From Escherichia phage vB_EcoM_SA20RB: DNA of 64,000 bases. Shown here in pieces: positions 42,211-53,200 of the stretch. The translations under genes were made by a program, and so were the position numbers. How positions within the stretch are numbered: position 1 is the first letter of the stretch; every line of letters begins with the position of its first letter. A model generated the notes under the pieces. It saw only the letters and a program-made list of their open reading frames with translations. It searched no databases and was not told where the DNA came from. Location of the stretch: the sequence record OL960581. The stretch is one strand, 5' to 3'.

Positions 42211-42864
42211 TTAATACTTGCAAGATTTCACAGTTTCAATGAAAACACTTTTGGCTTTCTGTGAATCAATATTTAAAATTTTTCTATAAGCTTTTAACTT
42301 TATAGAATAATTATTCCAGACTAAATTATCAGTCTGTTCATCATGTTTATCGATTATATTTAAAAACGAATCAAGCAAGATAAACGTCTCAAACGAAATT
42401 ATATTCGATTGAAGTAGTTTAAAAATATAACTTGATTGAACTTTTGGATTATATTCAAAAATTTCTTTAAAAGCAGAAACTTCAACTTTTTTACTAAAAT
42501 AATAAATGTTGCGAATATCTTCTTCAAACTTAAATTTAATTTGCTTTAAGCGTCCGATATATTCACGATAAAACACAAGTGCATCAGCGTCAGAGATGTC
42601 ACCAATCCAAGCATCTTGGTTAGCAACAAGATTGCTTATAAAGATTAAAGCAAGTTCCTTTAATTTATATTTTTCTGATAACTTCTGGAAAAAATACTTA
42701 TCCCTTCGCTTTTGATAAGCGGCATCAGACACCCGCATGCACCAATTATACTTAATTACATCATACTTTCCATTCATATGTTGTTTTATCATTAAGTATA
42801 ATTTATAAACTGATTTACCATCAATGTATCTTTCACCACCAGCAGGCATGCGGAGTTTAATCAT
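42211..42864 (-). CDS. 59: helicase loader gp59
   Basis: 217 aa as in T4. Confidence 0.9.
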   Translation of the reverse strand: MIKLRMPAGGERYIDGKSVYKLYLMIKQHMNGKYDVIKYNWCMRVSDAAYQKRRDKYFFQKLSEKYKLKELALIFISNLVANQDAWIGDISDADALVFYREYIGRLKQIKFKFEEDIRNIYYFSKKVEVSAFKEIFEYNPKVQSSYIFKLLQSNIISFETFILLDSFLNIIDKHDEQTDNLVWNNYSIKLKAYRKILNIDSQKAKSVFIETVKSCKY

Positions 42865-43199
42865 AGTAGAAAATCTAATGTATTAGTTTTTTCACAACGA
42901 ACAACAGAAGGACGTAAAAGATTTTCGTCGATAGCTTCTGACTGAATTTTTTCAATTATACCCGAAGGAATAAATTTAGCAAATTGAGTTTCAGGAATAG
43001 AATTTTCTTCTAAGAATGCTGTTGTAGCTTCAAGATAACTCATTCCAAACTCTTCTACCATTTTTTCAATAATAAATCCATTTTCTTGACGGTCAAGAAG
43101 CTTTGCTATTTCATCCTTTTCTTTCTTAATTGAAAGTTCTTTTTCTGAAAGACCGGTCTCATCGACCGGACGAATATCATTTAGAGAAAACTGTGTCAT
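42861..43199 (-). CDS. 33: late transcription co-activator gp33
   Basis: 112 aa from MTQFSLNDI (T4 length); the ORF track extends 3 codons upstream. Confidence 0.85.
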   Translation of the reverse strand: MTQFSLNDIRPVDETGLSEKELSIKKEKDEIAKLLDRQENGFIIEKMVEEFGMSYLEATTAFLEENSIPETQFAKFIPSGIIEKIQSEAIDENLLRPSVVRCEKTNTLDFLL

Positions 43200-43446
43200 A
43201 AAGTTCAACTACCTCTTCAGTTTCAGCTTCAAACACATCACGGTTATCTTTATGATACAAAGCTAATAGACGATTAAACATCTTACCATCAACGCCAAGT
43301 TCATCTTTGGCACGAATTCGAATATCTTTAATCAATTCATTATAACCAGAAATTTTCAGTTTATGGTCAGATGCTTCTTTAATAAATTTAGCTAAGTCTT
43401 CGCCATGGATAGCTTCATCAAATTCAACCATTTCTTTTTTAGCCAT
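43177..43446 (-). CDS. dsbA: dsDNA-binding protein DsbA
   Basis: 89 aa as in T4; position between rnh and 33. Confidence 0.8.
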   Translation of the reverse strand: MAKKEMVEFDEAIHGEDLAKFIKEASDHKLKISGYNELIKDIRIRAKDELGVDGKMFNRLLALYHKDNRDVFEAETEEVVELYDTVFSK

Positions 43447-43454
43447 TATTCACC

Positions 43455-44372
43455 TCAAAATTCATTAATGCTATTAGTTAATTTAGAAAGACCCGCTTTT
43501 ACAAAATATGAATAAATTTTGCCGCGCGGTGGTAATTTATATGAATTATAGTAATTCACAATGTTTGAAGCAATATTATCAGGAATATAATCAAAATCAA
43601 TTAGAACTAAATTTTCTTTATACCGATTATATTCAGATTCAGTGAGAAGCACCTTAGCTTGCTCACGGTCATTAGCAATAGCTTCAACAATAGAGGTTTT
43701 CATTGAAGGAGTTCGTTCACCTTCAACTCTGGTAAACCAAAAGTCAGATCGTACTTTAACTGAAGCAACGTTATCCTTTTTGTCACCTTTAAGGATTTTA
43801 GTCATACAGTCAATTTCAGCAGAACCGCTTTTAATTTTAACCCATTTCTTGTGCATCGGTGACCATTGCTTAACATTTGGGTATTTGTGAAGTTGAGTAA
43901 AGTCACCATCCGATGAAATGATTAAAATCTTATGTCCTTCTAAAGAGAACTTTTTAACAAGAACAGCAATATGGTCATCTGCTTCATACTTATCAATATC
44001 CATAACAATGTATGGCATATAAGCTTTCAATTCATCTATAACTTTATGACTGGATTCAAAATAACCTTCCCAGTCCCAAGTAGATTCTTCTCGTGCTTTT
44101 CCACGGTTTTTCTTATAATAATAAGCAAAATCACGACGCCAGTATCCAGATTTCGCGTTATCAATACACAGTACAATTTTAGTGTATCCAAGAGTTTTTG
44201 CTTTTTTGACATTAAACTTAATTGAGTTCAATATCAAATGACGAACCATTGATAAATTAATTTTTTCTTTATCTGGGAAGTTTACCAAAGCAGTTGAAAG
44301 CGCAATTTGACTAAAGTCAATTAAGCAGATTCCTTCTTTGTAATCTTCATCCAGCATCATTTCTAAATCCAT
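43455..44372 (-). CDS. rnh: RNase H (5-prime to 3-prime exonuclease, FEN family)
   Basis: 305 aa from MDLEMMLDE (T4 length); the ORF track extends 5 codons upstream. Confidence 0.9.
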   Translation of the reverse strand: MDLEMMLDEDYKEGICLIDFSQIALSTALVNFPDKEKINLSMVRHLILNSIKFNVKKAKTLGYTKIVLCIDNAKSGYWRRDFAYYYKKNRGKAREESTWDWEGYFESSHKVIDELKAYMPYIVMDIDKYEADDHIAVLVKKFSLEGHKILIISSDGDFTQLHKYPNVKQWSPMHKKWVKIKSGSAEIDCMTKILKGDKKDNVASVKVRSDFWFTRVEGERTPSMKTSIVEAIANDREQAKVLLTESEYNRYKENLVLIDFDYIPDNIASNIVNYYNSYKLPPRGKIYSYFVKAGLSKLTNSINEF

Positions 44373-44434
44373 ATGAACCTCGTTCAATTAGTGAGATTTC
44401 TATTATATACCATCCGAATCTTAAAGTAAACAAG

Positions 44435-44442
44435 TATAAATA
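44435..44442 (+). promoter_or_regulatory. late promoter TATAAATA for gene 34
   Basis: Exact TATAAATA 35 nt upstream of the gp34 ATG, in the divergent rnh/34 intergenic region. Confidence 0.65.
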
Positions 44443-44476
44443 CTTATTATTGAAAACACAATAGGAGCCCGGGAGA

Positions 44477-47400
44477 ATGGCCGAGATTAAAAGAAAGTTC
44501 AGAGCAGAAGACGGTCTGGACGCAGGTGGCGATAAAATAATCAACGTAGCTTTAGCTGATCGTACCGTAGGAACTGACGGTGTTAACGTTGATTACCTAA
44601 TTCAAGAAAACACAGTTCAACAATATGATCCAACTCGTGGATATTTAAAAGATTTTGTAATCATTTATGATAACCGCTTTTGGGCTGCTATAAATGATAT
44701 TCCAAAACCAGCAGGAACTTTTAATAGTGGACGCTGGAGAGCATTGCGTACTGATGCTAACTGGATTACAGTTTCATATGGTTCATATCAATTAAAATCC
44801 GGTGAAGCTATTTCGGTTAACACTGCAGCTGGTAATGATATTACGTTTACTTTACCATCTTCCCCAATTGACGGTGATACTATCGTTCTCCAAGATATTG
44901 GAGGAAAACCTGGAGTTAACCAAGTTTTAATTGTAGCTCCAGTGCAAAGTATTGTAAACTTCAGAGGTGAACAAGTACGTTCAGTACTAATGACTCATCC
45001 AAAGTCACAGCTAGTTTTAATTTTTAGTAATCGTCTGTGGCAAATGTATGTAGCTGATTATAGTAGAGAAGCTGTAGTTGTAACACCAGCGAATACTTAT
45101 CAAGCACAATCCAACGATTTTATCGTACGTAGATTTACTTCTGCTGCACCGATAAATATTAAACTTCCGAGATTTGCTAATCACGGCGATATTATTAATT
45201 TCGTCGATTTGGATAAATTAAACCCTCTTTATCATACAATTGTTACTACATATGATGAAACGACATCAGTACAAGAAGATGGAACTCATTCCATTGAAGG
45301 CCGTACATCGATTGACGGTTTCTTGATGTTTGATGATAATGAGAAATTATGGAGATTGTTTGACGGGGACAGTAAAGCACGTTTACGTATCATAACAACT
45401 AATTCAAACATTCGTCCAAATGAAGAAGTTATGGTATTTGGTGCGAATAATGGAACAACTCAAACGATTGAGCTTCAGCTTCCAACTAATATTTCTGTTG
45501 GTGATACTGTTAAAATTTCCATGAATTACATGAGAAAAGGACAAACGGTTAAAATCAAAGCTGCCGGTGAAGATAAAATTGCTTCTTCAGTTCAATTGCT
45601 GCAATTCCCAAAACGTTCAGAATATCCACCTGAAGCTGAATGGGTGACTGTCCAAGAATTAGTTTTTAACGGTGAAACTAATTATGTTCCAGTTTTACAA
45701 CTTGCTTATATAGAAGATTCTGATGGAAAATACTGGGTTGTACAGCAAAACGTTCCAACTGTAGAAAGAGTTGATTCTTTAAATGATTCTACTAGAGCAA
45801 GATTAGGCGTGATTGCTTTAGCTACACAAGCGCAAGCTAATGTCGATTTAGAAAATTCTCCGCAAAAAGAATTAGCAATTACTCCAGAAACATTAGCTAA
45901 CCGTACTGCTACAGAAACTCGTAGAGGTATCGCAAGAATAGCAACCACTGCTCAAGTAAATCAGAACACCACATTCTCTTTTGCTGATGATATTATCATC
46001 ACTCCTAAAAAGCTGAATGAAAGAACTGCTACAGAAACTCGTAGAGGTGTTGCTGAAATTGCTACGCAACAGGAAACTAATGCAGGTACTGATGATACTG
46101 CAATCATCACTCCTAAAAAGCTTCAAGCTCGTCAGGGTTCTGAATCATTATCTGGTATTGTAACCTTTGTATCTACCGCAGGAGCTACTCCAGCTTCTAG
46201 TCGTGAATTAAATGGTACAAACGTTTATAATAAAAACACTAATAATTTAGTTGTTTCGCCTAAAGCTCTGGATCAGTATAAAGCTACTCCAACACAGCAA
46301 GGTGCAGTAATTTTAGCAGTTGAAAGCGAAGTAATTGCTGGACAGAGTCAAGAAGGATGGGCAAATGCGGTTGTAACACCAGAAACGTTACATAAAAAGA
46401 CATCAACTGATGGAAGAATTGGTTTAATTGAAATTGCTACGCAAAGTGAAGTTAATACAGGAACTGATTATACTCGTGCAGTCACTCCTAAAACTTTAAA
46501 TGACCGTAAAGCAACTGAAAGTTTAAGTGGTATAGCTGAAATTGCTACGCAAGTTGAATTCGACGCAGGCGTCGACGATACTCGTATCTCTACACCATTA
46601 AAAATTAAAACTAGATTTAATAGTACTGATCGTACTTCTGTTGTTGCTCTATCTGGATTAGTTGAATCAGGAACTCTCTGGGACCATTATACCCTTAATA
46701 TTCTTGAAGCAAATGAGACACAGCGTGGTACACTTCGTGTAGCTACACAAGTTGAAGCTGCTGCAGGAACATTAGATAATGTTTTAATAACTCCTAAAAA
46801 GCTTTTAGGTACTAAATCTACCGAATCGCAGGAAGGTGTTATTAAAGTTGCAACTCAGTCTGAAACTGTAACTGGAACGTCAGCAAATACTGCTGTATCT
46901 CCAAAAAATTTAAAATGGATTGTACAGAGTGAACCTACTTGGGCAGCTACTACTGCGATAAGAGGCTTTGTTAAAACTTCATCTGGCTCAATTACATTCG
47001 TTGGTAATGATACAGCTGGTTCAACGCAGGACTTAGAGTTATATGAGAAAAATAGCTATGCAGTATCACCATATGAATTAAACCGTGTATTAGCAAATTA
47101 TTTGCCATTAAAAGCAAAAGCTGCTGACGCAAATTTATTGGATGGTCTAGATTCATCCCAGTTCATTCGTAGGGATATTGCACAGACTGTTAATGGTTCA
47201 CTAACCTTAACCCAACAAACGAATCTGAGTGCCCCTCTTGTATCATCTAGTACTGCTACGTTTGGCGGATCAGTTTCGGCAAACAGCACATTAACTATTT
47301 CTAATACTGGAACGGCAACTCGTCTGATTTTTGAGAAAGGACCTCAAACTGGAACTAACCCAGTACAGACGATGACTATCAGAGTTTGGGGAAATCAGTT

Positions 47401-48346
47401 TGGTGGCGGTTCAGATACAACACGTTCTACTGTATTTGAAGTTGGTGATGAAACGTCTAATCACTTTTATTCTCAACGCAATAAAGCTGGGAATATAACG
47501 TTTAGTATCAATGGTACTGTAATGCCAATAAATGTTAATGCTTCGGGTTCTTTGAATGCGAACGGCGTTGCAACATTTGGTAGCTCAGTTACAGCAAATG
47601 GTGAATTCATCAGCAAGTCTGCAAATGCTTTCAGAGCAATAAACGGTGATTATGGATTCTTTATTCGTAATGATGCTGCTAACACCTATTTTATGCTTAC
47701 TGCATCGGGTGATCAGACTGGCGGATTTAATGGATTACGTCCTTTAGCTATTAATAATGCATCTGGTCAAGTAACGATTGGTGAAAGCTTAATCATTGCC
47801 AAAGGTGCTACTATAAATTCAGGTGGTTTAACTGTTAACTCGAGAATTCGTTCTCAAGGTACTAAAACATCTGACCTATACACCCGTGCGCCAACATCTG
47901 ATACTGTAGGATTCTGGTCAATTGACATTAATGATTCAGCTACTTATAACCAGTTCCCGGGTTATTTTAAAATGGTTGAAAAAACTAATGAAGTGACTGG
48001 ACTTCCATACTTAGAACGTGGCGAAGAAGTTAAATCTCCTGGTACATTAACTCAGTTTGGTAACACACTTGATTCGCTTTACCAAGATTGGATTACTTAT
48101 CCAACGACTCCAGAAGCGCGCACCACTCGCTGGACACGCACATGGCAGAAAACCAAAAACTCCTGGTCAAGTTTTGTTCAGGTATTTGATGGAGGTAACC
48201 CTCCTCAACCATCTGATATTGGTGCTTTACCATCTGATAATGCTACAATGGGGAATCTTACTATTCGTGATTTCTTACGAATTGGTAATGTTCGCATTAT
48301 TCCTGACCCAGTGAATAAAACGGTTAAATTTGAATGGGTTGAATAA
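44477..48346 (+). CDS. 34: long tail fibre proximal subunit gp34
   Basis: 1289 aa as in T4; internal tandem repeats of the ATQ..GT..T.ITPKKL type. Confidence 0.95.
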   Translation: MAEIKRKFRAEDGLDAGGDKIINVALADRTVGTDGVNVDYLIQENTVQQYDPTRGYLKDFVIIYDNRFWAAINDIPKPAGTFNSGRWRALRTDANWITVSYGSYQLKSGEAISVNTAAGNDITFTLPSSPIDGDTIVLQDIGGKPGVNQVLIVAPVQSIVNFRGEQVRSVLMTHPKSQLVLIFSNRLWQMYVADYSREAVVVTPANTYQAQSNDFIVRRFTSAAPINIKLPRFANHGDIINFVDLDKLNPLYHTIVTTYDETTSVQEDGTHSIEGRTSIDGFLMFDDNEKLWRLFDGDSKARLRIITTNSNIRPNEEVMVFGANNGTTQTIELQLPTNISVGDTVKISMNYMRKGQTVKIKAAGEDKIASSVQLLQFPKRSEYPPEAEWVTVQELVFNGETNYVPVLQLAYIEDSDGKYWVVQQNVPTVERVDSLNDSTRARLGVIALATQAQANVDLENSPQKELAITPETLANRTATETRRGIARIATTAQVNQNTTFSFADDIIITPKKLNERTATETRRGVAEIATQQETNAGTDDTAIITPKKLQARQGSESLSGIVTFVSTAGATPASSRELNGTNVYNKNTNNLVVSPKALDQYKATPTQQGAVILAVESEVIAGQSQEGWANAVVTPETLHKKTSTDGRIGLIEIATQSEVNTGTDYTRAVTPKTLNDRKATESLSGIAEIATQVEFDAGVDDTRISTPLKIKTRFNSTDRTSVVALSGLVESGTLWDHYTLNILEANETQRGTLRVATQVEAAAGTLDNVLITPKKLLGTKSTESQEGVIKVATQSETVTGTSANTAVSPKNLKWIVQSEPTWAATTAIRGFVKTSSGSITFVGNDTAGSTQDLELYEKNSYAVSPYELNRVLANYLPLKAKAADANLLDGLDSSQFIRRDIAQTVNGSLTLTQQTNLSAPLVSSSTATFGGSVSANSTLTISNTGTATRLIFEKGPQTGTNPVQTMTIRVWGNQFGGGSDTTRSTVFEVGDETSNHFYSQRNKAGNITFSINGTVMPINVNASGSLNANGVATFGSSVTANGEFISKSANAFRAINGDYGFFIRNDAANTYFMLTASGDQTGGFNGLRPLAINNASGQVTIGESLIIAKGATINSGGLTVNSRIRSQGTKTSDLYTRAPTSDTVGFWSIDINDSATYNQFPGYFKMVEKTNEVTGLPYLERGEEVKSPGTLTQFGNTLDSLYQDWITYPTTPEARTTRWTRTWQKTKNSWSSFVQVFDGGNPPQPSDIGALPSDNATMGNLTIRDFLRIGNVRIIPDPVNKTVKFEWVE
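45840..46920 (+). repeat. intragenic tandem repeat motifs in gene 34 (about eight copies of a 35-45-aa unit)
   Basis: Reiterated TETRRG(I/V)A(R/E)IAT...TPKKL units; they generate the spurious antisense ORFs in the track. Confidence 0.7.
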
Positions 48347-48354
48347 GAGGTATT

Positions 48355-49470
48355 ATGGAAAAATTTATGGCAGAGTTTGGACAAGGATATGTCCAAACGC
48401 CATTTTTATCGGAAAGTAATTCAGTAAGATACAAAATAAGTATAGCGGGTTCTTGCCCGCTTTCTACAGCAGGACCATACGTTAAATTTCAGGATAATCC
48501 TGTCGGAAATCAAACATTTAGCGCAGGTCTTCATTTAAGAGTTTTTGATCCTTCCACCGGAGCATTAGTTGATAGTAAGTCATATGCTTTTTCGACTTCA
48601 AATGATACTACATCAGCTGCTTTTGTTAGTTTCATGAATTCTTTGACGAATAATAGACTTGTTGCTATATTAACTAACGGAAAGGTTAATTTTCCTCCTG
48701 AAGTAGTATCTTGGCTAAGAGCCGCAGGAACGTCTGCTTTTCCATCTGATTCTATATTGTCAAGATTCGACGTATCATATGCTGCTTTTTACACTTCTTC
48801 TAAAAGAGCTATTGCATTAGAGCATGTTAAATTAAGTAATAGAAAAAGCACAGATGATTATCAAACTATTTTAGATGTTGTATTTGACAGTTTAGAAGAC
48901 GTTGGAGCTACCGGATTTCCAAGAAGAACGTATGAAAGCGTTGATCAATTTATGTCGGCAGTTGGCGGAACTAATAATGAAATTGCGCGATTGCCAACTT
49001 CAGCTGCCATAAGTAAATTATCTGACTATAATTTAATTCCTGGTGATGTTCTTTATCTTAAAGCTCAGTTATATGCTGATGCCGATTTACTTGCGCTTGG
49101 AACTACAAATATATCTATCCGTTTTTATAATGCATCGAATGGATATATTTCTTCAACACAAGCTGAGTTTACCGGACAAGCTGGGTCTTGGGAATTAAAG
49201 GAAGATTATGTAGTTGTTCCAGAAAATGCAGTAGGATTTACGATATACGCACAAAGAACTGCACAAGCCGGTCAAGGTGGCATGAGAAATTTAAGCTTTT
49301 CTGAAGTGTCAAGAAATGGAGGTATTTCGAAACCTGCTGAATTTGGCGTCAATGGTATTCGTGTTAATTATATCTGTGAATCTGCTTCACCTCCGGATAT
49401 AATGGTACTTCCTACGCAAGCATCGTCTAAAACTGGTAAAGTGTTTGGGCAAGAATTTAGAGAAGTATAA
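48355..49470 (+). CDS. 35: long tail fibre hinge connector gp35
   Basis: 371 aa (T4 372). Confidence 0.9.
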   Translation: MEKFMAEFGQGYVQTPFLSESNSVRYKISIAGSCPLSTAGPYVKFQDNPVGNQTFSAGLHLRVFDPSTGALVDSKSYAFSTSNDTTSAAFVSFMNSLTNNRLVAILTNGKVNFPPEVVSWLRAAGTSAFPSDSILSRFDVSYAAFYTSSKRAIALEHVKLSNRKSTDDYQTILDVVFDSLEDVGATGFPRRTYESVDQFMSAVGGTNNEIARLPTSAAISKLSDYNLIPGDVLYLKAQLYADADLLALGTTNISIRFYNASNGYISSTQAEFTGQAGSWELKEDYVVVPENAVGFTIYAQRTAQAGQGGMRNLSFSEVSRNGGISKPAEFGVNGIRVNYICESASPPDIMVLPTQASSKTGKVFGQEFREV

Positions 49471-49475
49471 ATTGA

Positions 49476-49503
49476 GGGAGCCTTCGGGTTCCCTTTTTCT
49501 TTA
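49476..49503 (+). terminator. terminator hairpin GGGAGCC-TTCG-GGTTCCC after gene 35
   Basis: GC stem with UUCG loop followed by TTTTTCTTTAT. Confidence 0.65.
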
Positions 49504-49509
49504 TAAATA
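49502..49509 (+). promoter_or_regulatory. late promoter TATAAATA for gene 36
   Basis: Exact TATAAATA 24 nt upstream of the gp36 ATG. Confidence 0.65.
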
Positions 49510-49532
49510 CTATTAAAATAAAGGGGCATACA

Positions 49533-50192
49533 ATGGCTGATTTAAAAGTAGGTTCAACAACCGGAGGCTCTGTCATTTGGCATCAAGGAAATTTTCCATT
49601 GAATCCAGCCGGTGACGATGTACTCTATAAATCATTTAAAATATATTCAGAATATAATAAACCACAAGCTGCTGATAACGATTTCGTTTCTAAAGCTAAT
49701 GGCGGTATTTATCTAAACCGAGTTACCTTTAACCAGGGTATTCAAGTCCCGGGAGCTGGCAATGGTCTGACCGGGATGTTTGTTGGGCCAGGTGATGGAG
49801 CAACTTATGATAATGTTAACCTTGATATAATATCTTGGTATGGTATCGGATTTAAATCATCTCAAGGAACAGGACCTAGGACAATTGTTTTTAACGTTCG
49901 TGACGGTGAAATTTCGGCCCGTGGTAATATAAATTCACAGCGTCAGGTGCGAGCCGAAGCCGCAGCGCCCATTGCCGCAAATGACCTTACTAGAAAGGAC
50001 TATGTTGATGGAGCAATAAATACTGTTACGGCAAATGCGAACTCTAGAGTGTTACGATCTGGCGATACTATGACGGGTAACTTAACCGCACCAAACTTTT
50101 TCTCGCAGAATCCTGCATCTCAACCTTCACACGTTCCGCGATTTGACCAAATCGTAATTAAGGATTCTGTTCAAGATTTCGGCTATTATTAA
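49533..50192 (+). CDS. 36: long tail fibre distal connector gp36
   Basis: 219 aa (T4 221). Confidence 0.9.
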   Translation: MADLKVGSTTGGSVIWHQGNFPLNPAGDDVLYKSFKIYSEYNKPQAADNDFVSKANGGIYLNRVTFNQGIQVPGAGNGLTGMFVGPGDGATYDNVNLDIISWYGIGFKSSQGTGPRTIVFNVRDGEISARGNINSQRQVRAEAAAPIAANDLTRKDYVDGAINTVTANANSRVLRSGDTMTGNLTAPNFFSQNPASQPSHVPRFDQIVIKDSVQDFGYY

Positions 50193-50200
50193 GAGGACTT

Positions 50201-53200
50201 ATGGCTACTTTAAAACAAATACAATTTAAAAGAAGCAAAACCGCAGGTGCACGTCCTGCTGCTTCAGTATTAGCCGAAGGTGAATTGGCTATAAACTTAA
50301 AAGATAGAACACTTTTTACTAAAGATGATTCAGGAAATATCATTGATTTAAGCATTTCCACTGGCGGTAATATCAGTGGAAATATCACTCAAACTGGTGA
50401 TTATTTACAAAATGGAACATATAATCTTAATGGAAACCAGTTTGTTTATGCAGGAAAATATATTGAATTTTTACCTAAAACTGCTGGTAATGGTGCTTGG
50501 GCAAACCAACATAAAAATAAAGCTCCTATCTTTACCGATTTGAGTTCAACTACTTCTACTTCAGAATACCATCCGCTAATTAAACAACGCTATAAAGATG
50601 GAACTTTTTCTGTTGGTACGTTAGTAAATGAAGGAAGTTTTAAAATTCAATATATCAATGAATCTGGTGATTCAAAATATTGGACTTTTAATCGAAACGG
50701 TAGTTTTATTGTAGATAATGGCAGTATTGAAGTCCGTGCAGGTAATATTTCGGCTTCAGGTAATATTAACTCGGCAACTGGATTTGTTTCTGCACCGCGC
50801 GTCAATACAAAAAATATTAACCTGAGTTCTAAAACCTTTATACCGAATAATGACACGGGTTATGACATTGTTTCTTTACCTACTTGGATTTATAATCCAC
50901 CAGCAGATGGTTCTGACCGTGATACAAACGGATTGAACTACATGCGTAAAATGCGGGCTTCAAATACTTCTAGCATTTTCCATGAAATAGTTGACTGTCG
51001 TTCGGGAAAGCCGCAAGAAATTTCTTGGTGGACCGGCGTAGGACCTTCGTCTTTCCAGTGGGCGTTTGATACCTCTGGACGTATTACCGCAGGTAAATCT
51101 ATTTCAGTAGGTCTTCCTGATAATGGTACAAATGGGCGTTATCCTTTAGAGTCTGCCATTTCCATTGGTATTGCAATTGGCGATAACGATACTGGTATTA
51201 AATGGGTCCGTGATGGCGTTTATGACCTGATGGCTAACGGTATTTCATCCGCTACCATTTTGAATAATGGTATTAATAGTACTAAAAAATTGATGGTTGG
51301 TTATAGCCGTGATTCCGGCTCTACTTGGGATTTCCCAAATAACAACCAGGCAATGTTTACTGCGCGTACCGATGTTGATGGTAATAATAACGGCGATGGT
51401 CAGACTCATATCGGTTATAGCAGCAATTCTAAAATGTATCACTATTTCCGTGGCACAGGTCGTATGTCTGTTAGCATGGGCGATGGACTTCTTGTTGAGC
51501 CAGGTATTTTAGATATTAAAACTGGGTCTAATAGAGTTGCTATTAGAGCAGATGGTACATTTGACTCAACCCAACGTATTTCAATGCGCACTGGGTTATT
51601 TTTATCAGGTGATGACAATACCAATGCTCTGTCATTTAAAGCGCCTACAGGTGTTGACGGGACAAAAACCATTAACTGGGATGCAGGTACTCGTAATGGT
51701 CAGAATAAAAATACTGTAACCATTAAAGCGTGGGGTAACTCATTTAACTCAAATCCGGGTAATAGAGAAACTGTATTCGAAGTTTCAGATTCACAAGGTT
51801 ATTATTTCTACGCTCAACGTACTAATCCTGCGCCAGGTCAAACAGTAGGTCCGGTTAACTTTAAATTTAACGGAACTGTCGAAACAGGCCATATCATAGG
51901 CCTTGGTAATATAAGTGCCTCTGGTACAGGTTCTTTTGGTGGCAATGTTACCATGTCTAATGGTTTGTTTGTTCAAGGTGGTTCTTCTATTACTGGACAG
52001 GTAAAAATTGGTGGAACAGCTGATGCATTAAGAATTTGGAATGCTGAATATGGTGCTATTTTCCGCCGTTCGGAAAGTAATCTTTATATTATCCCGACTC
52101 CTAAAGGTGCCGGAGAATCAGGCGGTATAAGTAATCTTAGACCATTGATAATAGAACTGAACACCGGCACAGTTAAAATGTCGCATGATGTTCATTTAGG
52201 AGATTCTGGATCTGGTACAGGATTATTACAAGTAAGTAATAGTCTTAAAACTATTAAAATGATATGTCCAGTAACTATTAATGAACGTAATGCAGCGCTT
52301 ACTTTAGATTCTCCTTCATCTTCTTCTGCTAATTATTTGCAGGGTTCTAAAGCTGGAACTAGATCGTGGTATGTTGGTCTTGGTGGTGCTGGAAATGATT
52401 TATCACTTTATAGCCAATCTTATGGACATGGTCTTGTTATAAGTGATAATTTCACGTCAATCACTAAACCTCTTAAAGTCGGAAATGCCCAACTAGGAAC
52501 TGACGGTAATATTACCAACGGTTCAGGAAACTTTGCCAACTTAAATACCACGTTAAATCGTAAAGTTAATTCTGGATTTATTACTTACGGTTCAACTGCT
52601 GGATGGTATAAGTTTGCAACAGTAACAATGCCACAATCTACTTCGACAGTCTTCTTTAAAATAGTTGGAGGTTCTGGATTTAATAGCGGATTATTCACCC
52701 AATGTAATATTGCTGAAATTGTTTTACGTACTAGTAATGAAAGACCTGCTGACTTAAATGCTGTATTATACACAAGAACATCTGGAATGTATAGCGCAGC
52801 ATTTAGAAATATTTCAGTTAACAATGTCTCTGGAAATACATATGACATTTATGTTTATGCTGGAACATATTGTAATCAACTAGTTTGTGAGTGGTCATGT
52901 ACCGAAAATGCTACTGTTAGTGTTATTGGTATTAACTCATCTACCCAATCACCGGTGGATGCTCTTCCAGATACAGCAGTCGATGGGCAAGTTGCTAATG
53001 TTCTTAATAATTTAGTTGATCGTGGCAAAGTTAAGCGCTTCGAAGCTGATTCTGAAATAGCTATTAATAATCAAACCGGTATTCGTATCAGAAGCAACAG
53101 CGATAAAACTGGTTCTGTTGCTACAATGCTACGAAATGATGGCGGTAGTTTTTATATTCTATTTACAGATAAAAATGCCACCGATGGCGCAGCAACCGTT

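Noticed and set aside
45706-46126. Two minus-strand ORFs (80 and 77 aa) inside gene 34
   Set aside because: Antisense to the repeated fibre motifs of gp34; repeats create open frames by chance.
45840-46920. Possible CRISPR-like array suggested by regularly spaced repeats
   Set aside because: The repeats are in-frame protein-coding units within gene 34 with variable spacing and imperfect identity, not short direct repeats with unique spacers.
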